Source of the DNA: Myxococcota bacterium | GTDB taxonomy: Bacteria > Myxococcota_A > UBA9160 > SZUA-336 | Reading direction: 5' to 3' | Assembly (NCBI GenBank): GCA_965247115.1 | Contig: CBDFGR010000002.1 | Span: 1,440,001 to 1,504,000 of the forward strand | Length of the DNA stretch: 64,000 bases | Shown here: positions 30,846 to 39,130 of the stretch, one piece after another | How positions within the stretch are numbered: position 1 is the stretch's first letter | Layout: each line of letters starts with the position of its first letter | The notes under the pieces: model-generated | Databases searched by the model: none | Seen by the model: the letters and a program-made list of their open reading frames with translations, nothing else | Told to the model about the DNA's origin: nothing | Translations under genes and position numbers: made by a program

Positions 30846-32276
30846 ATGACGGTCGTAACACGCTACGCACCGAGCCCGAGCGGCGCGCTCCACATCGGCG
30901 GGGCCCGCACTGCGCTGTTCAATTGGGGATTTGCGCGCCATCACCAGGGCCGCTTCCTGCTGCGCTTCGAGGACACCGACCGCGAGCGCTCTTCGCGCGA
31001 GTCCGAGGAGGTCATTCTGGAGGCGCTCGCCTGGCTCGGAATCGACCACGATCCGGTCCCTGGCCTCGAGGGCATGCCTCGCCAGAGCGAGCGCGCGCAG
31101 CACTACCGCGACGCAGTCTCCCGTCTGCTCGATCTGGGCCACGCCTACCGCTGCACGTGCACGCCCGGGCAGCTCGAGGCCATGCGCGAGCGTGGCCGGG
31201 CGGAGAGCCGGAGCCCGGGCTACGACGGAACCTGTCGCGAGCTCAATACCGGAGCAGACAGCGCCGACCCTTTCTGCGTCCGGTTGAAGGTCCCCGATGA
31301 GGGCGGCCGCACCCGCTGGAACGACCTGATCGCGGGTCCGACAGGCGAAGATGCCTCGCAGCTCGACGACTTCGTGATTGCCCGCACAGACGGCAGCGCG
31401 ATCTACCACCTGGCGGTGGTGGTCGACGATCACGACATGGGAGTGACCCAGGTGATCCGGGGCCGCGAGCATATGTCGAGCACCCCGCGCCAGCTACTGC
31501 TCTATCAGGCACTCGACCTGGCGCCGCCCGAGTTCGCACACGTCCCGCTGCTGGTGGAGCCCGGCGGCAAGAAACTCTCCAAGCGGATGGACGCCGCCTC
31601 GGTCCTCCACTACCGCGACCGGGGCTTCACGCCCGAGGCAGTCTTCAATTACCTGGCCCGCCTGGGCTGGGGACACGGCGACCGCGAGATCCTGAGTCGG
31701 GAAGAGCTCGTAGAGCTCTTCGACCTGGACGGGGTCGGGCAGAGCCCCTCGCAGGTGCACGACGACAAGCTCACCTGGCTCAACCAGCACTACCTGAAGT
31801 CGCTGCCCCTGGAGCTGCTGCTTCGCTACCTCGAGCCCTTCATGCAGGCAGAGGTCGGCTCCATGCCGACGGAGCCTGGCTTCCGCGCTCTGGTCGGCCT
31901 GCTCCGGGAGCGCAGCAGGAGCCTCGAGGAGATGGCGCGCCAGACGCGTTTTTTCTGCGTCGACCGCGTCGAGTACGAACCCAAGCCGGCGCGAAAGTTC
32001 TTGAAGCCCGAGAGCGCCGGGCCGCTCCGGGAGCTCCTCCGCGCCCTGGCGGAGCTGCCCCACTGGGACGTTGACACCCTGCGTCAGGCCTTCGACGCGG
32101 TGCTCCCTGGCACGGGACTGAAGCTGGGCGCGCTCGCGCAGCCGGTTCGTGTGGCAATCACCGGAAGCTCCGCCAGCCCCGGCATCTTCGAGACCCTGGA
32201 GCTGCTGGGCCGCGAGCGCAGCCTGAGCCGGATCGACGCCGCACTGTCCCACATCGCCGCTATGCCGGCAGCCTGA
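30846..32276 (+). CDS. gltX: Glutamate--tRNA ligase
   Basis: TRYAPSPSGALHIGG (HIGH), KKLSKR (KMSKS); start ATG 30846. Confidence 0.96.
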   Translation: MTVVTRYAPSPSGALHIGGARTALFNWGFARHHQGRFLLRFEDTDRERSSRESEEVILEALAWLGIDHDPVPGLEGMPRQSERAQHYRDAVSRLLDLGHAYRCTCTPGQLEAMRERGRAESRSPGYDGTCRELNTGADSADPFCVRLKVPDEGGRTRWNDLIAGPTGEDASQLDDFVIARTDGSAIYHLAVVVDDHDMGVTQVIRGREHMSSTPRQLLLYQALDLAPPEFAHVPLLVEPGGKKLSKRMDAASVLHYRDRGFTPEAVFNYLARLGWGHGDREILSREELVELFDLDGVGQSPSQVHDDKLTWLNQHYLKSLPLELLLRYLEPFMQAEVGSMPTEPGFRALVGLLRERSRSLEEMARQTRFFCVDRVEYEPKPARKFLKPESAGPLRELLRALAELPHWDVDTLRQAFDAVLPGTGLKLGALAQPVRVAITGSSASPGIFETLELLGRERSLSRIDAALSHIAAMPAA

Positions 32277-32304
32277 TTGAAGATCCCTTTCGGGCGCCTA
32301 TATT
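32277..32304 (+). promoter_or_regulatory. Putative sigma70 promoter of tRNA-Gln
   Basis: TTGAAG-N16-TATATT, 12 nt before the tRNA. Confidence 0.6.
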
Positions 32305-32316
32305 GGCGCCTTCCGC

Positions 32317-32390
32317 TGGCGGGTCGTCTAACGGTAGGACTCAGGATTCTGGTTCCTGCTATCGGGGTTCGAATCCCTGCCCGCCAGCCA
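32317..32390 (+). tRNA. tRNA-Gln (anticodon CTG)
   Basis: TGGCGGG/CCCGCCA acceptor stem, CAGGA-TTCTGGT-TCCTG anticodon arm, GTTCGAATC T-loop, encoded CCA. Confidence 0.97.
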
Positions 32391-32459
32391 GCCCGAATTC
32401 GGGTCCTCTATTGAACATTTGCGCCCCGGGCTGCGTCTTACTTTCCGAAGCACAAAGCA

Positions 32460-32582
32460 CCCCAGCTGGGGCCCGCGATGTGAAGGAGGCGAATCCCTCT
32501 AGGCATCAGAGTCTTCCAGAGATCTGTCTCCCTCCCTCTGATGCCCCCCTCCCGACTCGCGGGCCCCTTTCTCGTCCTGGGG
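32460..32582. ncRNA. Candidate structured RNA (nested long hairpin), family unknown
   Basis: Nested complementary pairs: ccccag/ctgggg, ggggcccgcga (32468-78)/tcgcgggcccc (32557-67), ggagg/cctcc, ggcatcagag (32502-11)/ctctgatgcc (32536-45). Confidence 0.5.
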
Positions 32583-32625
32583 ACACAGCGGGCCTTGCGA
32601 GGAGTCGGCCTGGCGGAGGGGCGGT

Positions 32626-32946
32626 CTAGAAGTCGGTGGTACCGACGCACTCGCCCAGGCGGCGCTTGAAGGTGAAGCGCGCGGGCTTGTAGACCAGGCT
32701 CTCTGTCACAGAGCGGAAGTCCTTCTTCACCGTCACGTAGGCGAAGGGTGCGACGCCCACGTACATTCCGGTACCAATGGCGAGGGCCAGAAGCGAGAGG
32801 GGCCGGAGGACGATCAGGTCGAAGGTCTTCGGGTAGTCGCAAGTCTCGAAGGAGTTGTCCAAGCCAGCCTGCGCCGCTGCCGGGCTGAACCCGAGCACCG
32901 CGAGCAGTGCGAGGCTGGCAGTCAGAGTACGAGCAGATCTCCGCAT
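32626..32946 (-). CDS. Small exported/membrane conserved hypothetical protein
   Basis: SD GGAGGAG, signal peptide AAAQA, DLIVLRPLSLLAL...LVYKPARFTFKRRLG pattern, two flanking Cys. Confidence 0.75.
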   Translation of the reverse strand: MRRSARTLTASLALLAVLGFSPAAAQAGLDNSFETCDYPKTFDLIVLRPLSLLALAIGTGMYVGVAPFAYVTVKKDFRSVTESLVYKPARFTFKRRLGECVGTTDF

Positions 32947-32987
32947 GGGCTCCTCCCTTCCCGGCCCGTCGGCAGGGACTGGCATAG

Positions 32988-33015
32988 CCATCGGGACCCG
33001 GCGAGGCGAACTTGA
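32988..33015 (-). promoter_or_regulatory. Sigma28-like promoter
   Basis: TCAAG-N15-CCCGATGG upstream of gene 32946. Confidence 0.45.
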
Positions 33016-33039
33016 CGGGGAAGGCCTGCGCCTCGAGGG

Positions 33040-34212
33040 TCAGGCGACGGAGAGGGGCTCCCCCGCCCGGTAGACCTGCACGGGGCGCAGGTCGGCGTCG
33101 AGCACCAGAAGGTCCGCATCGAAGCCCGGCTCGATCCGGCCCTTGCGAGCTCCGAGCCCGATCACGTCAGCGGGAGTCGCTGTCGCCATTCGGACCGCGT
33201 CGGCGAGAGAGAGCCTGGCGGAGGAGACCGCCTCTCGGAGTGCGGTGACCAGTGGAATCACACTACCTGCCAACCCGCCGTCTGCCGTGGCGTAGCCTTC
33301 CGCATGGATCTCCGCATCCAGGCCTCCCAGCTGATAGCGCCCCGGCGCCAGGCCCGCAGCCGGTGTTGCATCGCTGATCAGCGCCACGGACTCTGCACCG
33401 CGCAGCTCCACGAGCGTCCGGACCAGCTCGGGGTGCAGGTGGTGACCGTCCATGATGACGCTGCCCCGCAGCTCGGGATCGCACAGGAAGGTCCCCACCA
33501 TGCCGGGCTCGCTGCGTCGGTAGCCGCGCTCCGGGTCGTCGGGTCGATCCGGCCAGTCGCTGGCGTTGCCCACGTGCGTCATGAACGACAGACCGTGCTC
33601 AATGGCGTCCCGCAGCTGGCTGCGCGTCGCGCGCGAGTGCCCTGCGGAGACAACGGCACCCGCGCGGTGAAAGCGAGCGATCGCGTCGAGCGCCCCCTCG
33701 CGCTCGGGCGCCAGCGTGACCATGCGCAGTCCCGACCCTGCCTTCGCGAGCAGCCGGTCGACGCGTTCCGGTGTCGCATCGCAGAGGTGTTCGCGGCCGT
33801 GCGCACCGCACTTCTCCTCCGCCAGAAACGGGCCCTCCAGGTGGATGCCCACGAGCGGGCCCGTTTCGGCCAGATCCGCCGTGAGCCGGGCAAGCGCAGA
33901 CTCCAGGCGCTCGAGCGGAGCGCTGACCAGGGTGGCCAGCAGGCTGGTCGTGCCATGGCGCAGGTGGAAGCTCGTGGCCCGTTCGCGCGCGGTTTGATCC
34001 GCGTCCGAGTAAGCCGCTCCGGCGGCGCCGTTCACCTGCAGATCGACAAGCCCTGGCACAAGCGTCGCGTCCTCGTAGCTCACGTCACCCGGTTGCGGAG
34101 AGACGTCAGCAGAGACCTGGATGATGCGCCCGTTGGCGATGCGCACGCGCAGGCGCTCCAGACTGCGCTCGGGGGTGACAGCGCGCGCCACCCAGAGGGC
34201 CAACTCGCTCAC
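33040..34212 (-). CDS. nagA: N-acetylglucosamine-6-phosphate deacetylase
   Basis: PGLVDLQVNG, HLEGPF, TLAPE, GHS, DGHH, ISDA, LAGS. Confidence 0.88.
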   Translation of the reverse strand: MSELALWVARAVTPERSLERLRVRIANGRIIQVSADVSPQPGDVSYEDATLVPGLVDLQVNGAAGAAYSDADQTARERATSFHLRHGTTSLLATLVSAPLERLESALARLTADLAETGPLVGIHLEGPFLAEEKCGAHGREHLCDATPERVDRLLAKAGSGLRMVTLAPEREGALDAIARFHRAGAVVSAGHSRATRSQLRDAIEHGLSFMTHVGNASDWPDRPDDPERGYRRSEPGMVGTFLCDPELRGSVIMDGHHLHPELVRTLVELRGAESVALISDATPAAGLAPGRYQLGGLDAEIHAEGYATADGGLAGSVIPLVTALREAVSSARLSLADAVRMATATPADVIGLGARKGRIEPGFDADLLVLDADLRPVQVYRAGEPLSVA

Positions 34213-35000
34213 CGGCCTGCGAGGGTGAGCATGGCGTCGACTGCGACCGTGATGCAGGCGTCCATGTTCTTGTCGATGTCGAGCTCGGCAGGGCCCGGCC
34301 AGGGAGCGCGATCCGATACCACGCAGATGCAGCCCGCCCGCAGGCCGAACAGATTGGCAAGGGTGAGCAGGATCCCGCTCTCCATCTCGCAGTTCTGAAC
34401 GCGCGCCGCCCGCATCTGCACCAGCCGCTGCTCGAGCTCTGGCGAGCGGTAGCCGTTGAAGCTCATCGTCTCCAGCGCGCCATCCACGCCCAGGATGGCG
34501 TTTCGAGCATAGAACGCATCCATCGCCCAGGTCAGGCCAATGCGGTGACGCACGCCGCGAGCGCGCGCAGCGGACACCAGCGCGGCTACCACTTCGTAGT
34601 CCGCAACCGCCGGATAGCTGGGGGTGACATAGCTGCTGGACGTGCCGTCATCACGCACCGCGCCGGTGGTAATCACGAGGTCACCCAGCGCGGCAGCCGG
34701 ATCGAGGCCCCCGCTGTTGCCCACGCGAATGAAGGTCGTCGCCCCGATCTTCGCCAGCTCCTCGATCAGAATCGCCGTGCTCGGAGCACCGATTCCCGTC
34801 GAGGCAGCGGCCAGCTGTACTCCGTTGAGCTCGCCGAGCTGGATTCTGTATTCGCGAACGTTGCAGACCTCGCGCACACGAGACCAGCCCGCGGAAATAC
34901 GCTCAACTCGCGCCGGATCGCCACACAGAAAGACGTTCTCGCCAGCGTCGCCGCTGCGCAGGCCGCTGATGGGCTGCCCGGGCTCCTCACTCATAGACAC
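34209..35000 (-). CDS. Nucleoside phosphorylase (uridine phosphorylase-like)
   Basis: CGDPARV, STGIGAPS, FIRVG, AVRDDGTS, EMES. Confidence 0.85.
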   Translation of the reverse strand: MSMSEEPGQPISGLRSGDAGENVFLCGDPARVERISAGWSRVREVCNVREYRIQLGELNGVQLAAASTGIGAPSTAILIEELAKIGATTFIRVGNSGGLDPAAALGDLVITTGAVRDDGTSSSYVTPSYPAVADYEVVAALVSAARARGVRHRIGLTWAMDAFYARNAILGVDGALETMSFNGYRSPELEQRLVQMRAARVQNCEMESGILLTLANLFGLRAGCICVVSDRAPWPGPAELDIDKNMDACITVAVDAMLTLAGR

Positions 35001-35112
35001 GTTCCATCGGTTCCGATGAACCTTTCGCGCACAAGTCTAGAGGAATCGCTAACGCTCTAGCCAGTTTCGTCCGAAAGGGGCAGCAGTAGAAACTTGTGGG
35101 GAGAACCACCAC

Positions 35113-35523
35113 GTGAAGATCAACGTCTCCGCCAAGAAGTGGCAGACCGCGACCAGCAAGCGGAGCTGGACGAAGCTCGCGAGTCACATTTCGAGTCACT
35201 ACCCGAAGGACTCCGCGCTCCACACCGCGCTGCGCGGAATGTTCAAGAGCACGGACGCGGCCGTGATGCGGTACGGCACGGGCATGAAGAAGAAGCCGTC
35301 CGCAGCCAAGCGCCGACCGGCCAAGCGGCGGAGCGCGCCCAAGCGGCGAGCCACCGCCAAGCGTCGCAGCACGGCCAAGCGCGCACCGGCAAAGCGCCGG
35401 GCAGCGGCCAAGCGTCGCGCACCGGCCAGGCGCCGCACCGCCGCGCGCAAGGCTGCTCCCAAGCGCCGTACCGCCATGCGCCGCGGAACGCGTCGCACCA
35501 CGGCCCGCCGCAAGCGAGCCTGA
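35113..35523 (+). CDS. Histone H1-like Lys/Arg/Ala-rich basic protein
   Basis: About 55-aa N-terminal domain plus tail of AKRR/PAKRR repeats; SD GGGGAG before GTG; followed by a hairpin. Confidence 0.7.
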   Translation: MKINVSAKKWQTATSKRSWTKLASHISSHYPKDSALHTALRGMFKSTDAAVMRYGTGMKKKPSAAKRRPAKRRSAPKRRATAKRRSTAKRAPAKRRAAAKRRAPARRRTAARKAAPKRRTAMRRGTRRTTARRKRA

Positions 35524-35544
35524 AACCGGGCACTCCCGGCTAGT

Positions 35545-35580
35545 TAGACCCCCGGCGGCGATCTCGTCGTCGGGGGTCTA
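35545..35580 (+). terminator. Strong stem-loop after the basic-protein gene (possible terminator)
   Basis: tagacccccggcggcga / tcgtcgtcgggggtcta; no U-tract. Confidence 0.5.
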
Positions 35581-35650
35581 CCGCCCGCCCTCTCCCGTAC
35601 GAATCTCGCCCCCTGGCGTCGACGGGAGAGCACCCAGCTTGGCCCCCGCG

Positions 35651-35679
35651 TTGACGAAAGGCGCACCGGTCACTACCCT
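35651..35679 (+). promoter_or_regulatory. Putative sigma70 promoter of tRNA-Glu
   Basis: TTGACG-N17-TACCCT, 11 nt before the tRNA. Confidence 0.65.
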
Positions 35680-35690
35680 GCGCGCCTCTC

Positions 35691-35766
35691 GGTCCCATCG
35701 TCTAGGGGTTTAGGATACCAGGTTCTCACCCTGGAGACACGGGTTCAAATCCCGTTGGGACCACCA
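35691..35766 (+). tRNA. tRNA-Glu (anticodon CTC)
   Basis: GGTCCCA/TGGGACC acceptor stem, CCAGG-TTCTCAC-CCTGG anticodon arm, GTTCAAATC T-loop, encoded CCA. Confidence 0.97.
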
Positions 35767-35784
35767 ACTCTCGCGCATAAGCGG

Positions 35785-35812
35785 TCAAGGTCGAGCCGCG
35801 CGAAGCCGATTT
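35785..35812 (+). promoter_or_regulatory. Sigma28-like promoter
   Basis: TCAAG-N15-GCCGATTT, 9 nt before ATG 35822. Confidence 0.6.
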
Positions 35813-35821
35813 TGCTCGCGT

Positions 35822-37447
35822 ATGTCTGTATCTGATGGGACAGACGCTGAGCTCCGGGCAGTAAAGGGAGCCATCGATACGCTGGTTCGAACCGAGCGGA
35901 TGGTGCGCACCTACCCGGTCGGCAATCAGCTCAGCCAGAATCTACTGGCCGATCTTCTGAGCAAGCTGCCAGAGGTGCTGCCCCTCGACCTTCGCGTCGC
36001 GCGTGACCAGCTGATCTGGAACGATGTCCCGCTGCTCGAGGCGAACAAGGACCGTTCCGACATCGCTGGCCGACTCTACAAGGACGGCGTGCGGATACTG
36101 CGCCTGGGAGCGCAGATCGACGCCGGCGAGCTCGAGCGCTTCATCGTCTCGCTCGCCACGCCGCTCCATCCCGACGACCTGTCAGAGGACTACGTCACTC
36201 GCCTCTGGGAGGCGGATCTCCCGAACGTCCGGATCGTCGCCATAGATCCCTATCTCGACCTCGACGTTCCCGACGAGGTCCTCGAGGGCAAAGATGTTCC
36301 GACGGCCGAGGTCGAGGACATCGCCCCGGTCCCCGCTGACGAGGGAGCGGGGCTGGACATCGCTCCCCCGCCAGAAGAGGCGTTTCGCATATCTCACGAA
36401 GATGGCGAGCGAATCGCGCAGGAGATCGAGCGGGTGACGACGACCCCGCCCTGGTCGACCTTCATGATCGCTCTATTCGACTTGATGGGCGACGAGAGCA
36501 AGGCGGATCGGTTGGAGGATCTCGTGTCGCTCCTGGAAGCGACGTTCCAGCGCACGCTGCGTGACGGACAGGTCGACGTGGCCACGGAGCTCCTGCTGCG
36601 TATCCGGGCCGACGTTCCCTCAGTCGCGGACCAGGCCGTTCGCGAGGCGCTGTTTCGGATGGGGCACGCAGACCGGCTGCAGCCACTCCACGAGGCGCTC
36701 GAGGGTGGATCGTGCGATCTGGAAGCGGCGGAGCGCGTGTTCGTGCTGCTCGGCGAGTGGATCCCTGAGACTCCCTGCTCCCTGCTCACCGCGTCCACGC
36801 TGGATCGCTCGCGTCGCTTCTACGCAGACGTCCTCGCGAAGATTGGTGAGGTTGCGTTCGAGCCCGTCCTCCAACACATCCATTCCACTGCAGACGCGAC
36901 CAAGCCGCACTTCGTACGCGTGCTCGGCAAGCTGAATGATGAGCGCGCGACCGAGCCGCTGACCTCGCTCACGCGAAGCGCCCACCCAGCCCTGCGCAGG
37001 GAGGCACTGCGCGGCCTGGCATCGATGCAGAGAAACGGAGCGGAGCCGCAGCTGATACGTGCGGCTCTGTCCGATGCGGACTCGTCCGTCCGGCTAGTGG
37101 CACTCAAGTGCCTGGTAAGCCTGCGCTCCGAGCTCGACCCTGCGCCGCTGATTGCCCGGGCCTCGTCCGGAGAGGCGCGGGCGCTGGCGGACGAAGAGAT
37201 CGACCTCATCTACCTGACCATCGGCGCGACGAATCGGCCAGAAGCGCTGGAGTTCTTGAGCGAGCGCATGCGGCCTGGCTGGCTCCGGGGCCGATCCGAC
37301 TCGCGGACCTGGGCGCGCGCCGCTCGCGCGCTGGCAAGCATGCGGTTGCCCGAAGCGCGACAGGCACTCGAGGCCGGCACCCGGAGCGGCAAGAAGGAGC
37401 TCGCCGAGATCTGTGGGAGCGCTCTCGAGAAGGCAAGCACGACATGA
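35822..37447 (+). CDS. HEAT-repeat protein
   Basis: N-terminal TYPVGNQL, C-terminal HEAT-like LRREALRGLA/DSSVRLVALKCL; stop overlaps the next ATG. Confidence 0.75.
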   Translation: MSVSDGTDAELRAVKGAIDTLVRTERMVRTYPVGNQLSQNLLADLLSKLPEVLPLDLRVARDQLIWNDVPLLEANKDRSDIAGRLYKDGVRILRLGAQIDAGELERFIVSLATPLHPDDLSEDYVTRLWEADLPNVRIVAIDPYLDLDVPDEVLEGKDVPTAEVEDIAPVPADEGAGLDIAPPPEEAFRISHEDGERIAQEIERVTTTPPWSTFMIALFDLMGDESKADRLEDLVSLLEATFQRTLRDGQVDVATELLLRIRADVPSVADQAVREALFRMGHADRLQPLHEALEGGSCDLEAAERVFVLLGEWIPETPCSLLTASTLDRSRRFYADVLAKIGEVAFEPVLQHIHSTADATKPHFVRVLGKLNDERATEPLTSLTRSAHPALRREALRGLASMQRNGAEPQLIRAALSDADSSVRLVALKCLVSLRSELDPAPLIARASSGEARALADEEIDLIYLTIGATNRPEALEFLSERMRPGWLRGRSDSRTWARAARALASMRLPEARQALEAGTRSGKKELAEICGSALEKASTT

Positions 37448-38865
37448 GCGAGACGCCCGAACAGCTCGAACGCCAGAAGCTCGTGCACGGCCGCGAGTTC
37501 GTCGCGCGCTGGACGGGTCTGTTCAAGGCTCTTGGCCTGTACGACTGGAGACACGCCGCCGTGCGGGCAGCGGCCGAACGGGTCCTCCACTCGGCTCGCG
37601 AGTTGGGCGACGGCTGTCCGGTGGATCTCGCGATCCGGAGGGACCTGATCTACCTCGACGGCTCGCGCCTCAAGGAGGGCGGTGCCAGCGCCACGGCGTT
37701 TCAGCGACTGACCGGTGTGCTGCGCACCGCGCGGATCAAGGGCTTTACCACCGACCCGAACTCCGATCCCTTCGATCTGCAGATCTTCGGCCACCTGCTG
37801 CTTGGAGTGCATCAGCGCGGTCTCACGTCGGAAGAGCTGCTACGAGAGCTCAAGGTGCACAATGCGACCTCGCTGGAGGTGGTCATCGACGACTGCGACG
37901 AGGAGGAGGACCCGGCGCTGCTGGAAGGTCACCAGCTGCAGAAGCGGGTCTACGTGTGCTCCATCGGCGTGCTGAAGGCGGTGTTCCACGAGACTCGCGA
38001 GAAGGACCGCATGAACTCCCGACGCGTGAAGCGCGTCGTGCAGCAGATGATGGAGTCTGTGGACCAGGACTCCGGCTACGCGCTCAGCCTCACCAGCGTC
38101 AAGAACTACGACGAGTACACGTTCAACCACAGTGTGAACGTCGGCGTGCTGGCCATCGCCCTGGGACGCGCGATCGGCCTGCCCCGCCAGCAGCTCTACA
38201 TCGTTGGACAGGCCGGCATGCTCCACGACATCGGCAAGCTCTGCGTCCCGAAGGAGATCCTGAACAAACCTGGCGCCCTCGACCCCCAGGAGAGGCAGGT
38301 CATCCAGAAGCATCCCACTGAGGGCTTCCTCACGATCGCGTCCAACCAGGGAGTGACCGCCGAGACGGTCGGGGTCGCCCTCGGCGCCTACGAGCACCAC
38401 TTGAACGCGGACGGATCAGGTTACCCGGATCGCAGTGTGGTCCGGCCGGTAACCTTGCTGAGCCGCATCGTGGCGATCGTGGACCGCTACGATGCGATGA
38501 CCAGTGTGCGCGTGTACCACCCCGGGATGACGCCTCCCAAGGCGCTCTCGCTCCTGCACTACCACTGGGGCGACCAGATCGACCAGACGCTCTTGCGCTA
38601 CTTCATGAACATGCTGGGCATGTTGCCCCTGGGCACCGTGGTTCGCCTCTCGGACGACTCGGTCGGAATCGTGATTGGCGAGGGCTCCGTCACCGAGATC
38701 CGTCACCTCCCCCAGGTTCGCCTGATCATCGACAACCGAGGCCACGAGTGCCCACCGAACACCATCGACCTGTCGCTGCGCGCCAAAGAGCCCGACGCCC
38801 TCCAGGTCATCGAGACCCTCAAACCGACGGACTTCGGCATCGAGGTCATCGACTACCTCGAGTAG
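37444..38865 (+). CDS. HD-GYP domain phosphodiesterase
   Basis: DEYTFNHSVNV, LHDIGK, EHHLNADGSGYP, VDRYDAMTS; start ATG 37444. Confidence 0.9.
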   Translation: MSETPEQLERQKLVHGREFVARWTGLFKALGLYDWRHAAVRAAAERVLHSARELGDGCPVDLAIRRDLIYLDGSRLKEGGASATAFQRLTGVLRTARIKGFTTDPNSDPFDLQIFGHLLLGVHQRGLTSEELLRELKVHNATSLEVVIDDCDEEEDPALLEGHQLQKRVYVCSIGVLKAVFHETREKDRMNSRRVKRVVQQMMESVDQDSGYALSLTSVKNYDEYTFNHSVNVGVLAIALGRAIGLPRQQLYIVGQAGMLHDIGKLCVPKEILNKPGALDPQERQVIQKHPTEGFLTIASNQGVTAETVGVALGAYEHHLNADGSGYPDRSVVRPVTLLSRIVAIVDRYDAMTSVRVYHPGMTPPKALSLLHYHWGDQIDQTLLRYFMNMLGMLPLGTVVRLSDDSVGIVIGEGSVTEIRHLPQVRLIIDNRGHECPPNTIDLSLRAKEPDALQVIETLKPTDFGIEVIDYLE

Positions 38866-38941
38866 CCCGACCCGGTTCAGCTCCCTTGTAGAGCACCCTG
38901 CTGATATCCTGGGTGCGAACACTGTTGAGGAGTTCGGAGCC

Positions 38942-39127
38942 ATGGCCGTGGTCAAGTACGATCCCGAGGTCTGCATCCACGCGGGAAACTGCGTGCGCAC
39001 GCTGCCCACCGTCTTCCAGGTCAAGGACAAGAAGTTCGTGATCGTGCAGGACGGCGCACCAAAAGAAGAGATTGAGAAGACGGTCCACGCCTGCCCATCG
39101 GGTGCACTCACTCTCGAGGAAAGCTAG
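38942..39127 (+). CDS. Small divergent 4Fe-4S (YjdI-like) protein
   Basis: CIHAGNCVR...CPSGAL. Confidence 0.8.
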   Translation: MAVVKYDPEVCIHAGNCVRTLPTVFQVKDKKFVIVQDGAPKEEIEKTVHACPSGALTLEES

Positions 39128-39130
39128 CGG

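Noticed and set aside
32411..32444. Sigma70 promoter for the candidate ncRNA (TTGAAC...TACTTT)
   Set aside because: The spacer is 22 nt, too long to call; the RNA could instead be co-transcribed with the tRNA.
32303..32629. 108-aa ORF after gltX
   Set aside because: It overlaps tRNA-Gln and the structured region and has no protein features.
35280..35520. gccaagcg-type DNA repeats as a repeat array
   Set aside because: Explained by the AKRR peptide repeats of the basic protein.
32317..35766. tRNA-anchored genomic island or prophage
   Set aside because: No integrase, no duplicated tRNA 3' end seen, and no evident compositional shift.
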